From contig CAZOQP010000003.1 in NCBI GenBank assembly GCA_964582295.1, positions 1-55,533 of the forward strand: a stretch of DNA of 55,533 nucleotides, read 5' to 3'. The stretch comes from an uncultured Candidatus Saccharibacteria bacterium. GTDB taxonomy: Bacteria; Patescibacteriota; Minisyncoccia; Phycocordibacterales; Zambryskibacteraceae. The position numbers were made by a program, and so were the translations under genes. Positions 18,037 through 27,312 of this stretch are shown here, one piece after another. A model generated the notes under the pieces. That model was given only the letters and a program-made list of their open reading frames with translations, had not been told where the DNA came from and made no database searches. Numbering within the stretch: position 1 is the first letter of the stretch; each line of letters starts with the position of its first letter.

Positions 18037-19272
18037 ATGGCCTTTTCCGCCCCAGACATAGCACTCTTCACAGGGCTCTTTCTGTCCCTCTTTTTTGAGG
18101 TTTTTCTTGTTATCACCTATTTTGAAAAACGCAGGACCATGAAAGGAGAGGGTGTTTCAGGGTCAGTTGCTTTGCCGTCAGTCACCATCATTGTTCCTTG
18201 CTACAACGAACAAGCGACCGTTTCAAAGACGCTTGATTCCCTTCTGGAGCTTGATTATCCGAAAAACAAGCTCCGCATCATTGCGGTCAACGACGGCTCA
18301 ACAGACGGAACAGCAAAAATCCTGGAGCAATATGCACAAATGCCTCAGGTTTCCGTATATTCAAAGGAGAACGGTGGAAAATACACTGCTCTGAATTTCG
18401 GACTTTCACTCACCACGAGCGACCTCGTGGGGTGCCTGGATTCCGACTCTTTCGTGGAGCCGGGCGCCCTTAGGAATATAGCAACTTATTTTGAGAATCC
18501 TTCTGTGATGGCTGTCACTCCCTCTATTGTGGTGGATAATCCAAAAAACCTTCTTCAGTCCATACAAAAAGTTGAATACGCCTGGGGAGTGTTTCTGCGC
18601 AAAATGCTCTCTTATCTCGGAGCTATGTATGTTACTCCTGGGCCTTTCTCTATTTTCCGCACGGAAGTTTTTACAAAATTGGGCGTATATAAACATGCTC
18701 ATCACACGGAAGATTTTGAGATAGCTCTTCGCATGCAAAGCAATCACTACAAGATAGTGAACGCCCACGAAGCGCGTGTGTACACCACCACCCCTAAGGA
18801 ATATAAAAGTCTTTACAAACAGCGCCTCCGCTGGGTGTACGGGTTCTTAAACAACATCATTGATTACCGCTATATTTTCTTCAAAAAACGCTACGGTAAC
18901 CTCGGCACTTATATTCTCCCCATGGCCGCCTTCTCCGTTTTTTCCGCTCTATACTTTTTCTTCACCTTTATAGCCAAAGCAGTGGAAGGCACCGCCGACG
19001 CCTTGCAGAAAATAGCCACCATCGGTTTTTCATGGCCGTCTCCATCATTTGACTGGTTCTTCCTGAAGACAGATGCCCAGATGTTCCTTGTTGCCGCCAT
19101 CATCGCCCTTTCCGTGTTCATCATTTACATCTCGCGCAAAATGACGGAAGGGAAATTCAGATTTTCCATGGATATCATTTACTTCATGTGCCTTTACGGA
19201 TTTCTGGTACCATGGTGGCTCATGAAGGCGCTCTATGATACTGCCTTCGGAAGGAAAATAAGCTGGAGATAA
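18037..19272 (+). CDS. Processive GT2 glycosyltransferase (PgaC/IcaA-like), membrane-bound
   Basis: IVPCYNE, VNDGSTD, DSD, TED, QRLRW motifs; N- and C-terminal TM helices. Confidence 0.9.
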   Translation: MAFSAPDIALFTGLFLSLFFEVFLVITYFEKRRTMKGEGVSGSVALPSVTIIVPCYNEQATVSKTLDSLLELDYPKNKLRIIAVNDGSTDGTAKILEQYAQMPQVSVYSKENGGKYTALNFGLSLTTSDLVGCLDSDSFVEPGALRNIATYFENPSVMAVTPSIVVDNPKNLLQSIQKVEYAWGVFLRKMLSYLGAMYVTPGPFSIFRTEVFTKLGVYKHAHHTEDFEIALRMQSNHYKIVNAHEARVYTTTPKEYKSLYKQRLRWVYGFLNNIIDYRYIFFKKRYGNLGTYILPMAAFSVFSALYFFFTFIAKAVEGTADALQKIATIGFSWPSPSFDWFFLKTDAQMFLVAAIIALSVFIIYISRKMTEGKFRFSMDIIYFMCLYGFLVPWWLMKALYDTAFGRKISWR

Positions 19273-19274
19273 AA

Positions 19275-19961
19275 ATGAACGAACGTCCCCCCGTAGATTG
19301 GAGGAAATACATATTTGCATTCGTTATCACTTGCGTGATCTTCTTCACGGCCTTTTCACTTGCAAACTCCTTCAACAACAAGCGCGTTGCGGAGCTCCGT
19401 TCCATACAAGACCAGATCGCTCTTAACCTTCTTTCTTCAGAAGTTCAATCTTCCCTTCTTCAGCAATTCTCCTGCAGGCAGGTTGGCACCACCCTTCTTT
19501 CGGAACAGCTGGGGAGCCTGGGAGACAAGCTGGCTTTTGCAGAAGGAACCCGCGGGGCGGATGATCCGGAGGTAGTTAGCTTAAAGAGGAACTACTCGCT
19601 TCTTCAAATAAAGGATTTCCTTTTGATGAACAATATAAATGAGAAGTGCGGTGTAAAGAATGTGTTCATACTTTATTTTTACGGCAAGGAGTGTGATGAC
19701 TGTGAGAAGCAGGGCTTGGTCCTCACCAAGCTCCGCGAGGATTATCCTGCCCTCCGTGTATATTCTTTTGATTACCGCATAGACGTTTCTGCAGTACAGA
19801 CCCTCATTTCCATAAACAAAATAAAAGACGAGCTTCCAGCCCTTCTTATAGACGACAGAGCTTATTACGGATACAAATCCGTGGAAGAGATAGAGAAACT
19901 CATCCCGGAACTGCAAAAACTCAAGAAAGAAACTGCAACTTCTACAGAAGAGACTTCTTAG
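19275..19961 (+). CDS. Membrane-anchored protein with a C-terminal thioredoxin-like CxxC domain
   Basis: N-terminal TM helix, LYFY..ECDDC, LPALLI. Confidence 0.7.
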   Translation: MNERPPVDWRKYIFAFVITCVIFFTAFSLANSFNNKRVAELRSIQDQIALNLLSSEVQSSLLQQFSCRQVGTTLLSEQLGSLGDKLAFAEGTRGADDPEVVSLKRNYSLLQIKDFLLMNNINEKCGVKNVFILYFYGKECDDCEKQGLVLTKLREDYPALRVYSFDYRIDVSAVQTLISINKIKDELPALLIDDRAYYGYKSVEEIEKLIPELQKLKKETATSTEETS

Positions 19962-19962
19962 T

Positions 19963-20038
19963 TGGAGCCACCTCCCGGGCTCGAACCGGGGACCTTTACT
20001 TTACAAAAGTATTGCTCTACCAACTGAGCTAAGGTGGC
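19963..20038 (-). tRNA. tRNA-Thr(UGU)
   Basis: GCCACCTTAGCTCAGTTGGTAGAGC...TT TGT AA...GGTTCGAGCCC...CCA cloverleaf, 76 nt. Confidence 0.95.
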
Positions 20039-20040
20039 TT

Positions 20041-20439
20041 TTATTTTTCTTCTTTATCTTCACTATTTTTAGCTTCCATCTCACGCTTTGCCTCTTCAAT
20101 ATCCCGCAGAAAGGCTGAAACCTTAGGGTTTTCCTTTAATTTCTGCACTCCCCTCGCTCCCTTGCGCAGTTTATCATACGAGTCCCTTAGGCGAGCCGCC
20201 AGTGTCACGATACGGCGGTAAACGATGCGCGGCAAGTCAACTGTCAGGAAATGTGTTGCCTGCTTTTCGGTAGTGCGGAATGCACCAAATATTTTGCCAA
20301 CCGCCCCATGCATTATTTCGTCGAAATGCGAAAAGAGATGGTAAATAGCGCTGCGGCGGCGACGCTTCATTTCATAAAGCTTCACAGAAAGCATACCCGC
20401 CATGGCAATAAGCGAACCATAAAAAACGTAGGTGATCAT
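20041..20439 (-). CDS. Hypothetical protein with an N-terminal TM helix
   Basis: 132 aa ORF directly downstream of tsf. Confidence 0.7.
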   Translation of the reverse strand: MITYVFYGSLIAMAGMLSVKLYEMKRRRRSAIYHLFSHFDEIMHGAVGKIFGAFRTTEKQATHFLTVDLPRIVYRRIVTLAARLRDSYDKLRKGARGVQKLKENPKVSAFLRDIEEAKREMEAKNSEDKEEK

Positions 20440-20454
20440 TTTTATTAAGACGAG

Positions 20455-21039
20455 CTAGTCGCCCGAAGAAAACCTCACGAAGCGCCTTATCTCTGCCCTT
20501 TCGCCGAATTTCTGCACCAAAGAATTCACCAGATCGCGAATAGTTATTTCAGGATTTTTTATGAATGGCTGCTCCAGAAGCACGCGCTCCGCAAAATAGC
20601 TTTTAAGCTTTCCTTCAAGAATTTTCTGCTTAAGATCTTCCGGCTTCCCTTCCGTTTCCGCTTTGAAAACTTCAGCGGCCTTGGATCTTGCTTCATCCGT
20701 CACATCTTCCATTGATAAAAACTCCGGGTTGGTGGCCGCCACGTGCATAGCGATGTCATAAGCTGCTTTTTTGAACTCTTCGTTCTTGGCCACGAAATCG
20801 GTTTCGGCCGAAAGCTCAACTATGGCTCCTATGTTGCCCGATGCATGTATATAAGATTGCACCGCTCCTGCCGCCAGAGTGCGCTCAGATTTTTTGGCAG
20901 CCACATCGGCGCCTCGCTTTTTTAGGATAACCGTGGCCTTTTCCATATCGCCGCCCGCCTCTTCAAGAGCTTTGCGGCATTGCATCACGGAAACTCCGGT
21001 CTTGTCCCTTAATTCTTTTACTTGTTCAGTTGAGATCAT
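20455..21039 (-). CDS. tsf: Elongation factor Ts (short form)
   Basis: VKELRDKTGVSVMQCRKAL, ETDFVAKN, LLEQPFIK. Confidence 0.96.
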   Translation of the reverse strand: MISTEQVKELRDKTGVSVMQCRKALEEAGGDMEKATVILKKRGADVAAKKSERTLAAGAVQSYIHASGNIGAIVELSAETDFVAKNEEFKKAAYDIAMHVAATNPEFLSMEDVTDEARSKAAEVFKAETEGKPEDLKQKILEGKLKSYFAERVLLEQPFIKNPEITIRDLVNSLVQKFGERAEIRRFVRFSSGD

Positions 21040-21048
21040 AAAATCCAC

Positions 21049-21780
21049 TTATGCCGCCTTGGGCTCGCCTGCCGATTCTTTAGCATACTTTCTGCCTTCT
21101 TTGTATGCGTTCGCGATGCGTTCAGTGATGTGGCGGATGCTTGATTCAAGCGCATCATTTCCCGGAATGGGAAAGTTCAGTTTTTTCATATCGCAGTCAG
21201 AGCCCGCAAGCGCCATCACTGGAATATTCAAATTATTGGCTTCCGCAACGGCAATGTGTTCGCGGCGAGGATCAACCACGAAAAGCATGTTTGGAAGGCC
21301 TTTCAATGATGCGATGCCTCCAAACATTTCGCGTAAAGTTTCTATCTCGCGGTCAATAAGCAGGCGCTCCTTTTTAGTGTATTTAACAAGCTCACCTTTT
21401 TCCTTCTGATCGGTGAGACTCTCCAGGCGGGCTATTCTCTTCTTTATTTCGCTCCAGTTAGTAAGAGTGCCTCCGATGAAGCGACCGGCCACAAAAGGAA
21501 GGCCTGCACTTGAAGCGGCATCCCTCACAGCCGCACGTGCCTCGCTCTTTCCGCCTACCATCAAAAGGGTCTGGTTTTTCTCGCCGAGCGCACGTGCAAC
21601 TTCCATTGCCTCATCAAGAAGATTTTTGGTGGTCTCAAGATCAAAAATCTCAACGGTATTTTTTACTCCGAAAATAAAGGCCTTGGCACTAGGGTGTCTG
21701 CGAGAGCGGGCACGGCCGAAATGGACTCCCGCCTTAAAAAGCGTATCCAGGTCCGTAGTAGTTTTGTTGCTGGTTGTCAT
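21049..21780 (-). CDS. rpsB: 30S ribosomal protein S2
   Basis: AGVHFG, GGTLTN, IPGNDA. Confidence 0.96.
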   Translation of the reverse strand: MTTSNKTTTDLDTLFKAGVHFGRARSRRHPSAKAFIFGVKNTVEIFDLETTKNLLDEAMEVARALGEKNQTLLMVGGKSEARAAVRDAASSAGLPFVAGRFIGGTLTNWSEIKKRIARLESLTDQKEKGELVKYTKKERLLIDREIETLREMFGGIASLKGLPNMLFVVDPRREHIAVAEANNLNIPVMALAGSDCDMKKLNFPIPGNDALESSIRHITERIANAYKEGRKYAKESAGEPKAA

Positions 21781-21858
21781 GATTAAAATAAAAATGACCC
21801 CGAAAGAGGTGCCAGCTATACTAGCAAAATCATACAAGCCCTGCAATAGAAGCCATAT

Positions 21859-22848
21859 TTAGTCTTCTGCCCCGTCCGAGGCTTCAAAATTACCTTTTTC
21901 AGCCCTTTCAATGACGGCCTCAAGCACAGGGTCTAGCCCCCCGGCGAATACTGCATTCATGTTGTGCCACGATTCCTTGATGCGGTGGTCGGTTATACGA
22001 TCCTGAAGGAAATTGTAAGTGCGTATCTTCTCCGAGCGGTCGCCAGTGCCAATCTGCGATTTACGGTCGCTTGAAAGTTTTTTCTCCTCCTCCAGTCTCT
22101 GCATTTCTTCAAGCTTGGCCTGAAGTATCATCATGGCCTTCTCGCGGTTGTTCTGCTGGCTTCTTTCGGATGTAGAGCGTACATCAATGCCACTTGGCTT
22201 GTGAACGATACGCACGGCCGTTTCCACTTTGTTGACGTTCTGCCCGCCTGCGCCGCCCGAACGGGAAAATTCTATCTCCAGGTCTGCAGGATTTATCTCC
22301 ACCTTTGATTTCTTTCGCACAGGCAAAATAGCCACCGTTACAGTAGATGTATGCACTCTTCCGGATTTTTCAGTTGCCGGCACCCGCTGTACGCGGTGCA
22401 CTCCGGTTTCGTATCGGAGCATGCGATACACGTCCTTTCCCCGTATCTCAAAAGATGAATCCTTGATGCCGCCAAGGTCCGATACTGCCGCATGAAGAGT
22501 CTTCATTTTCCACCCCTTAATTTCCACATACCTTGCATACATAGAAGAAAGCTCCTCCGCAAAAAGTGCCGCTTCAGCACCGCCCGCACCGGCGCGTATC
22601 TCCAAGATGACCTCATTTGGGAATTCATCTTCGGCCTCTTCCTCTTTGAGGATATCGTCTAAGTGCTTTTTCAATTCTTCCATCTCTTTGCGGATGATTT
22701 TCAGGTCCTCGTCAGCCATTTCCGATAGTGATACATCGCTATCTTTTAGTTCAAGTGCTTCTTTTTCTTTTCTAAGCAAATCCTCATACTGCCCGGCCAT
22801 ATAGGCGGTTTTTGGATTTTCTTTATAACGGGCGAGATCTGGGTCCAT
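21859..22848 (-). CDS. prfA: Peptide chain release factor 1
   Basis: HRVQRVPAT (PxT motif), [20 protein letters not shown]. Confidence 0.95.
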   Translation of the reverse strand: MDPDLARYKENPKTAYMAGQYEDLLRKEKEALELKDSDVSLSEMADEDLKIIRKEMEELKKHLDDILKEEEAEDEFPNEVILEIRAGAGGAEAALFAEELSSMYARYVEIKGWKMKTLHAAVSDLGGIKDSSFEIRGKDVYRMLRYETGVHRVQRVPATEKSGRVHTSTVTVAILPVRKKSKVEINPADLEIEFSRSGGAGGQNVNKVETAVRIVHKPSGIDVRSTSERSQQNNREKAMMILQAKLEEMQRLEEEKKLSSDRKSQIGTGDRSEKIRTYNFLQDRITDHRIKESWHNMNAVFAGGLDPVLEAVIERAEKGNFEASDGAED

Positions 22849-22881
22849 GATGTTAACCCTCCTATTGTCGCACGTAGAAAT

Positions 22882-23157
22882 CTATTTCTTGGAGGAGGTC
22901 TTTTTAGCAGAAGCAGCCTTCTGGCGCGCCTTGAATTTCTCCACACGGCCTGCAGTGTCTATAACTTTGTCGTTGCCTGTATAAAAAGGGTGCGAGGCGG
23001 ATGAGATTTCAACAGAAACAAGCGGGTATTCTTTTTTATCCTTCCATGTAGCAGTTTCCTTGGTCTCAACTGTAGAACCAATGAGAAATTCCGTGCCACT
23101 TGAGTTGTCGCGGAAGATGACCTGCCTATAGTTCTTGGGATGTATTTCCTTTTTCAT
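22882..23157 (-). CDS. rpmE: 50S ribosomal protein L31 type B
   Basis: [25 protein letters not shown]. Confidence 0.95.
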   Translation of the reverse strand: MKKEIHPKNYRQVIFRDNSSGTEFLIGSTVETKETATWKDKKEYPLVSVEISSASHPFYTGNDKVIDTAGRVEKFKARQKAASAKKTSSKK

Positions 23158-23197
23158 TGTCGCACTACAATACCAGAAAGCTTTATTTTTGCAAAAT

Positions 23198-23226
23198 GAA
23201 AAGCCCCGGAACCAAGTTCCGGGGCT
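23198..23226 (-). terminator. Intrinsic terminator
   Basis: agccccggaac-caa-gttccggggct followed by a T-run on the minus strand. Confidence 0.75.
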
Positions 23227-23262
23227 AAAACTACTAGCGGTCAATTTGAAGTTTTTCGGGGG

Positions 23263-23284
23263 CTAGTGTATGCGCATACACTAG
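23263..23284. repeat. Perfect palindrome
   Basis: ctagtgtatgcgcatacactag. Confidence 0.8.
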
Positions 23285-23301
23285 AGGAATCCCTATCTTA
23301 C

Positions 23302-23326
23302 TCTACGTAGGACAGTCCTACGTAGA
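23302..23326. repeat. Palindrome related to 50212-50244
   Basis: tctacgtaggac-a-gtcctacgtaga. Confidence 0.85.
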
Positions 23327-23334
23327 TTTTGCCT

Positions 23335-23490
23335 AAGACCCGGGGCACGCCCCCTGCCCGCCATTGCCTGCGGCATCAGGCGCTGGCAGGCGGGCGGCGC
23401 GAGGGAACCGTTGCTGAATGGTTACATTCAGACGGTGAGCAAGCAGCAGATTTTTATGCGTACTCTTTTCGTCATCACCCCGAGCGACCT
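23335..23490 (-). ncRNA. Putative structured non-coding RNA (GGTGATGACG family) with an inserted GC-rich hairpin repeat
   Basis: Closing stem GCTCGGGGTG/TGCCCCGGGT, internal hairpins, 45-nt identity with 5-49, terminator downstream. Confidence 0.5.
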
Positions 23491-24867
23491 TTATATACTC
23501 CTCAAAAAATCAATATTCTCCTGGAATTGTGCAGCTTTCACCAGAACTTGGTTACCATAAAAAGTGTTCGCAGGTTTTTTGTTGTCACAGGCGCGGCCGG
23601 AGTAGTAGCGGCAGGAAGCATTGCGCTCCGCTGTGTATGTGCCTCCTGCCGCACCCAAGTCTTTAAGATAAATAGCGGTTGCAATAATGGCATGCTGTGC
23701 GTTCCACGGATTAGGCTCTTTCACTCCGACCGCGCTCGCAATGCGTGTTCTGAAAATCTCCCAAGTGGAAGGAATGAATTGCGACGGCCCCATAGCACCT
23801 CCGAAACCACGTCCCACCACATACACAGCTCCAAGCGGACAGGAAACCGGTGTCATAGACCACTCCCTCCCGACTGCGCTCGTTATCCTCTGAAAAGGCA
23901 CGGTATCGCGCGGCGCTTTCATCACTTGCTGGAAGGGATTACCAGTGTTCTTCCCCACCCCATCTCCTGTATCCAAATTTTTCACATAACAAGACCCCAC
24001 ATTTTTCCCGAGGTCCGATTCCTGCGAAAGGATGGCAAGAATAAGAGCCGCGCGCACGCCAGTTTTCTGCGAAGCAACGTTGGCATATTCAAGCGCGGTT
24101 CCGAAAGGAATACCTTCTGAATCTCTCAATCCGAAAAGTGCTGCACGGATCTGCTCTGCTTTTGCCTGCTTTTGCGCAAGGAAAGAATCCTGCACGGCTT
24201 TAGTTTGATCTACCACCGCCAAGAGCTGTTTTTTCTCGGCTTCGTTTTTGGCCACTTCTTTTTTCTTGGTCTCTATCACATATTTCGCATCCTCTTCCTG
24301 GTCTTTTTTCTGGGCTAGCGCCTGCTTTTCTTTTTCAGTTTCAGCTTTGGCTTCCCTTATGGAAAAGAAGAGCACCTGCAGATCTTTCTGTATAGCAGAG
24401 AAAGAATCAAAATCTGCGAAAAAATCAGAGAAGTCCTCATCCGAAAGAACGGCTTCCGCAAGGCTATATGAATCAAGCTCCCGTGTGCGCCTTATAAGTT
24501 CTGCCAAAGAAACCCTTCCCCTTTCAATTCGCGTATTGAGGGTGTTTATTTTCTGGGTTTTCTGGTTTATCTCTCCCGAAATGGTTTTGATAGTGAGATT
24601 TTTCTGCCTCAAAACGGCTTCCGCTTGGTTTATCTGCGCCGTGAGGAGGGAGATGTCTCCTGTTATGGTTTTCTGCTGCTGCTTCAGACCGTCTATGGTT
24701 TTCTCTACTTCTTCTATTTCACGGAGTGTCTGGTCGTATTCGGCCTGAAGAGCCGCTCTTTCGGAAGGTGAAAGCTCTTGCGCAAAAAGTTCCCCCGTAG
24801 GCGCCAAAGCCCCCAAAATGACACCCAATATCAAAAAAACAGATATGAGCGCACGAAAAATACTCAT
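23491..24867 (-). CDS. Secreted coiled-coil protein with a C-terminal lytic transglycosylase-like (lysozyme-fold) domain
   Basis: Signal peptide, long PcsB/CwlO-like coiled coil, ILSQESDLG, GAMGPSQFIPSTW, NPWN. Confidence 0.85.
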   Translation of the reverse strand: MSIFRALISVFLILGVILGALAPTGELFAQELSPSERAALQAEYDQTLREIEEVEKTIDGLKQQQKTITGDISLLTAQINQAEAVLRQKNLTIKTISGEINQKTQKINTLNTRIERGRVSLAELIRRTRELDSYSLAEAVLSDEDFSDFFADFDSFSAIQKDLQVLFFSIREAKAETEKEKQALAQKKDQEEDAKYVIETKKKEVAKNEAEKKQLLAVVDQTKAVQDSFLAQKQAKAEQIRAALFGLRDSEGIPFGTALEYANVASQKTGVRAALILAILSQESDLGKNVGSCYVKNLDTGDGVGKNTGNPFQQVMKAPRDTVPFQRITSAVGREWSMTPVSCPLGAVYVVGRGFGGAMGPSQFIPSTWEIFRTRIASAVGVKEPNPWNAQHAIIATAIYLKDLGAAGGTYTAERNASCRYYSGRACDNKKPANTFYGNQVLVKAAQFQENIDFLRSI

Positions 24868-24892
24868 GTGCACCTATTATACCAAAACGAGC

Positions 24893-25561
24893 TTATTTAG
24901 CTTCTTTAACTTCAGGAGCTTCTGCCCCTTCTGCTGCCTCTCCTTCACCCTCTGCAGCTTCCTTGCCCTTCTTCTCTACTTCAATTGCAGTGAGGTCAAC
25001 AGGTACTTCCTCCTTTTCTTCCTTAGGTGCCTGTACTGAAGCCACAACATCTTCAGGATTATCCAGGAACTTCACGCCTTTTACTTCAGGAATGTCTTTT
25101 ATGGTCACAGTATTACCAACTTCAGCGAGGTGCGAAATATCAACAGTAAGATTTGACGGCAGATTAGCCGGTTCTGCTTCTACATTCACTTCATGCATCA
25201 CTTTAACAACCAAGAAACCTGCTTTGATAGCCGGCGCTTCGCCTATGAATTCAAGTGGTACAGAAACTTGCATGGTTTGGCCTTTTTCAAAGGCGTAAAA
25301 GTCGGCATGACGGGGATTGCCGGTGATAGGATCGAAATCAATATCGTGAATAAGAGTGTCCACGTCGCCTCCTGGAGTTTTGAGGGTCACCACGGTGGAT
25401 TCTCCGGCTTTTTCAAAGACCTTTTTGAATTCCGTGTAAGGAACCGAAATGGAGGTGGAGGCGGTCTTTTTTCCATAATAAACAGCGGGAATAAAGCCCT
25501 TCTTTCGGAGGTCCATGGCCTTTTCGGCAGATGTTCTTTCTTTTGCAGATAAGCTCAACAT
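24893..25561 (-). CDS. rplY: 50S ribosomal protein L25 (Ctc type)
   Basis: LRKKGFIPAVYYG, HADFY, VPLEFIGE, acidic tail. Confidence 0.95.
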   Translation of the reverse strand: MLSLSAKERTSAEKAMDLRKKGFIPAVYYGKKTASTSISVPYTEFKKVFEKAGESTVVTLKTPGGDVDTLIHDIDFDPITGNPRHADFYAFEKGQTMQVSVPLEFIGEAPAIKAGFLVVKVMHEVNVEAEPANLPSNLTVDISHLAEVGNTVTIKDIPEVKGVKFLDNPEDVVASVQAPKEEKEEVPVDLTAIEVEKKGKEAAEGEGEAAEGAEAPEVKEAK

Positions 25562-25598
25562 AGACAGGTGATTATAGTAAAAATGCCAAAAAAGGCAA

Positions 25599-27254
25599 CT
25601 ACTCGGATGTAATGTGGCTCTTTAGATATTCAATGCTGCCCCCCACTTGTCCTGAGCTTGTCGAAGGGACCTTTTTGCCGGGATTGAAAATATTCTGCGG
25701 GTCAAAGATTTTTTTCACTTGTTCAAATAATTCAAGTATTTGAGGAGAGTACATATATGAAAGGAAAGGAGTACGCACAATGCCGTCGTTATGCTCTGCG
25801 GTGATAGAGCCGCCGAACTCTTTTACCAGAGAATATACTTCTTCGGATACTGGGACGATTATTTCACGCGTACGCTTATCTCGGAAATCCATAAGCGGTA
25901 TGACATGGAAATTGCCATTTCCCGCGTGTCCTGCAATGGTATAGAGAAGTTTATGTTTATCTAAAATAGCGCGGAGACGCGGCAGGAATTCAGGCATCTG
26001 TTCTGGCCGCACCGCTACATCATCTATAAAAGGTGCGGTGCGGCGGCCCTTTGAGTGCTTCCGCAAAAGATTAAAACTTTCGCGCCTGATGGTCAGATAT
26101 TTTTCTTCTTCATGTACCGAATGCGTGAGGCGCATTGCAGGGTGAAAACGTGCCAGAGATTTTTTCACTCTTTCCGCCCGTGCATTTATTTCCACTTCAT
26201 CGTCACCCGTGAATTCTGCCAGAAGCACGAGCTTCGGGAATGCCCCACTCAAAGCCATCCACATTTCAGGGATGAATGAGAATATAGTGGCCAGAAAATT
26301 CTTGGCGCCCATGGCCCGGGCCAGATCCGGTATAAAGCGGGCAGCAAATTTTAGAGTTGAATCATCGTACGATTCCAGAGTTTCCGGATTTTCTTTGAGT
26401 ATCTCGTTTATTATCTCTCCCGTATTTTTAAGGTCCTTCAGGAATATCACAAGCATCTCTGAACGCGAAGGCAGCCGGACCAGACCTATCTCTGCCTCCG
26501 TAACAATGCCGAGCGACCCTTGGGAACCTGTCACAAGACGCGTAAGGTCAAACAAACCGTCGTGCTCCACATTCCACAAATAATATCCGGCGGAATTCTT
26601 TGAAACTTTCGGCCTGGCATTTTCTATTATTTCTTTATTATTCTCCAAAAGTGCGTGAATATTTCTGTACACATCTCCCTCAATATCATTCTGCTTTTTC
26701 TTCTCTTCCAGTTCTGTTGGCGTAAGCGGCTTCACTTCCCTTTCCACTCCATCGGCAAAAACCATTTTAAGACGCCTCACATACTTCTCCATTTTTCCGT
26801 ATTTTAGGGTTTTCTCACCGCCTGAATTATTGCCTATCATTCCGCCCAAAGCGCACAGATTCTTGGAGGCGGTAAAACAGGGCAGAATAAGGCCTTTTTC
26901 AAGTGTTTTCTTTTCAAAATCCCTGTAAAAAACTCCCGGCTCCGTGAGAATGGAATCCTCCATTACCTCGCCCACTTTATTCATATATTTCGTAACATCC
27001 GCGATTATGGATTCATTGAGAGACCCGCCGGACATGCACGAGCCAGCCGCCCTTACAGCAATTGATAGAGACGCATCACCTTTTTTTTGTTCGCCCACCC
27101 ATTTCACCAGAACCTGCAGATCTTCCGAACTTTCAGGAAAAACCACCACTCGCGGCTTCACTCTGAAAATACTCGCATCTTTTGAATATAAGGCGAGTGT
27201 TTTCTCGTCATTCATCACCTCTCCCTTAAAAAACTTTTTTATCTCTTCTATCAT
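25599..27254 (-). CDS. FAD-binding oxidoreductase (GlcD/D-lactate dehydrogenase family)
   Basis: RAAGSCMSGGS, GGMIGNNSGG, GHAGNGNFH, ITAEHNDG, FDPQNIFNPGK. Confidence 0.9.
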   Translation of the reverse strand: MIEEIKKFFKGEVMNDEKTLALYSKDASIFRVKPRVVVFPESSEDLQVLVKWVGEQKKGDASLSIAVRAAGSCMSGGSLNESIIADVTKYMNKVGEVMEDSILTEPGVFYRDFEKKTLEKGLILPCFTASKNLCALGGMIGNNSGGEKTLKYGKMEKYVRRLKMVFADGVEREVKPLTPTELEEKKKQNDIEGDVYRNIHALLENNKEIIENARPKVSKNSAGYYLWNVEHDGLFDLTRLVTGSQGSLGIVTEAEIGLVRLPSRSEMLVIFLKDLKNTGEIINEILKENPETLESYDDSTLKFAARFIPDLARAMGAKNFLATIFSFIPEMWMALSGAFPKLVLLAEFTGDDEVEINARAERVKKSLARFHPAMRLTHSVHEEEKYLTIRRESFNLLRKHSKGRRTAPFIDDVAVRPEQMPEFLPRLRAILDKHKLLYTIAGHAGNGNFHVIPLMDFRDKRTREIIVPVSEEVYSLVKEFGGSITAEHNDGIVRTPFLSYMYSPQILELFEQVKKIFDPQNIFNPGKKVPSTSSGQVGGSIEYLKSHITSE

Positions 27255-27267
27255 ATTGATATTTGTG

Positions 27268-27299
27268 ACATTCCAACATTCTTGAGAATGTTGGAATGT
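27268..27299. repeat. Palindromic repeat (ccaacattct core), related to 29227-29260
   Basis: acattccaacattct-tg-agaatgttggaatgt. Confidence 0.8.
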
Positions 27300-27312
27300 T
27301 GTAAGTGAAAAA

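Noticed and set aside
23395-23410. GGT-TCCCTCGC-GCC resembles the P3/L3 of HDV-like ribozymes
   Set aside because: I could not build the matching P1, P1.1 and P2 pairings in the required order.
5-23488. 45-nt direct repeat as attL/attR of a 23-kb island
   Set aside because: The enclosed genes are essential (dnaE, gyrB, thrS, rpsB) and no integrase is present.
23329-24120. 263-aa plus-strand ORF and other long antisense ORFs (e.g. 2874-3551, 43563-44408, 52762-53385)
   Set aside because: Shadows of well-supported genes on the opposite strand, with no recognisable motifs.
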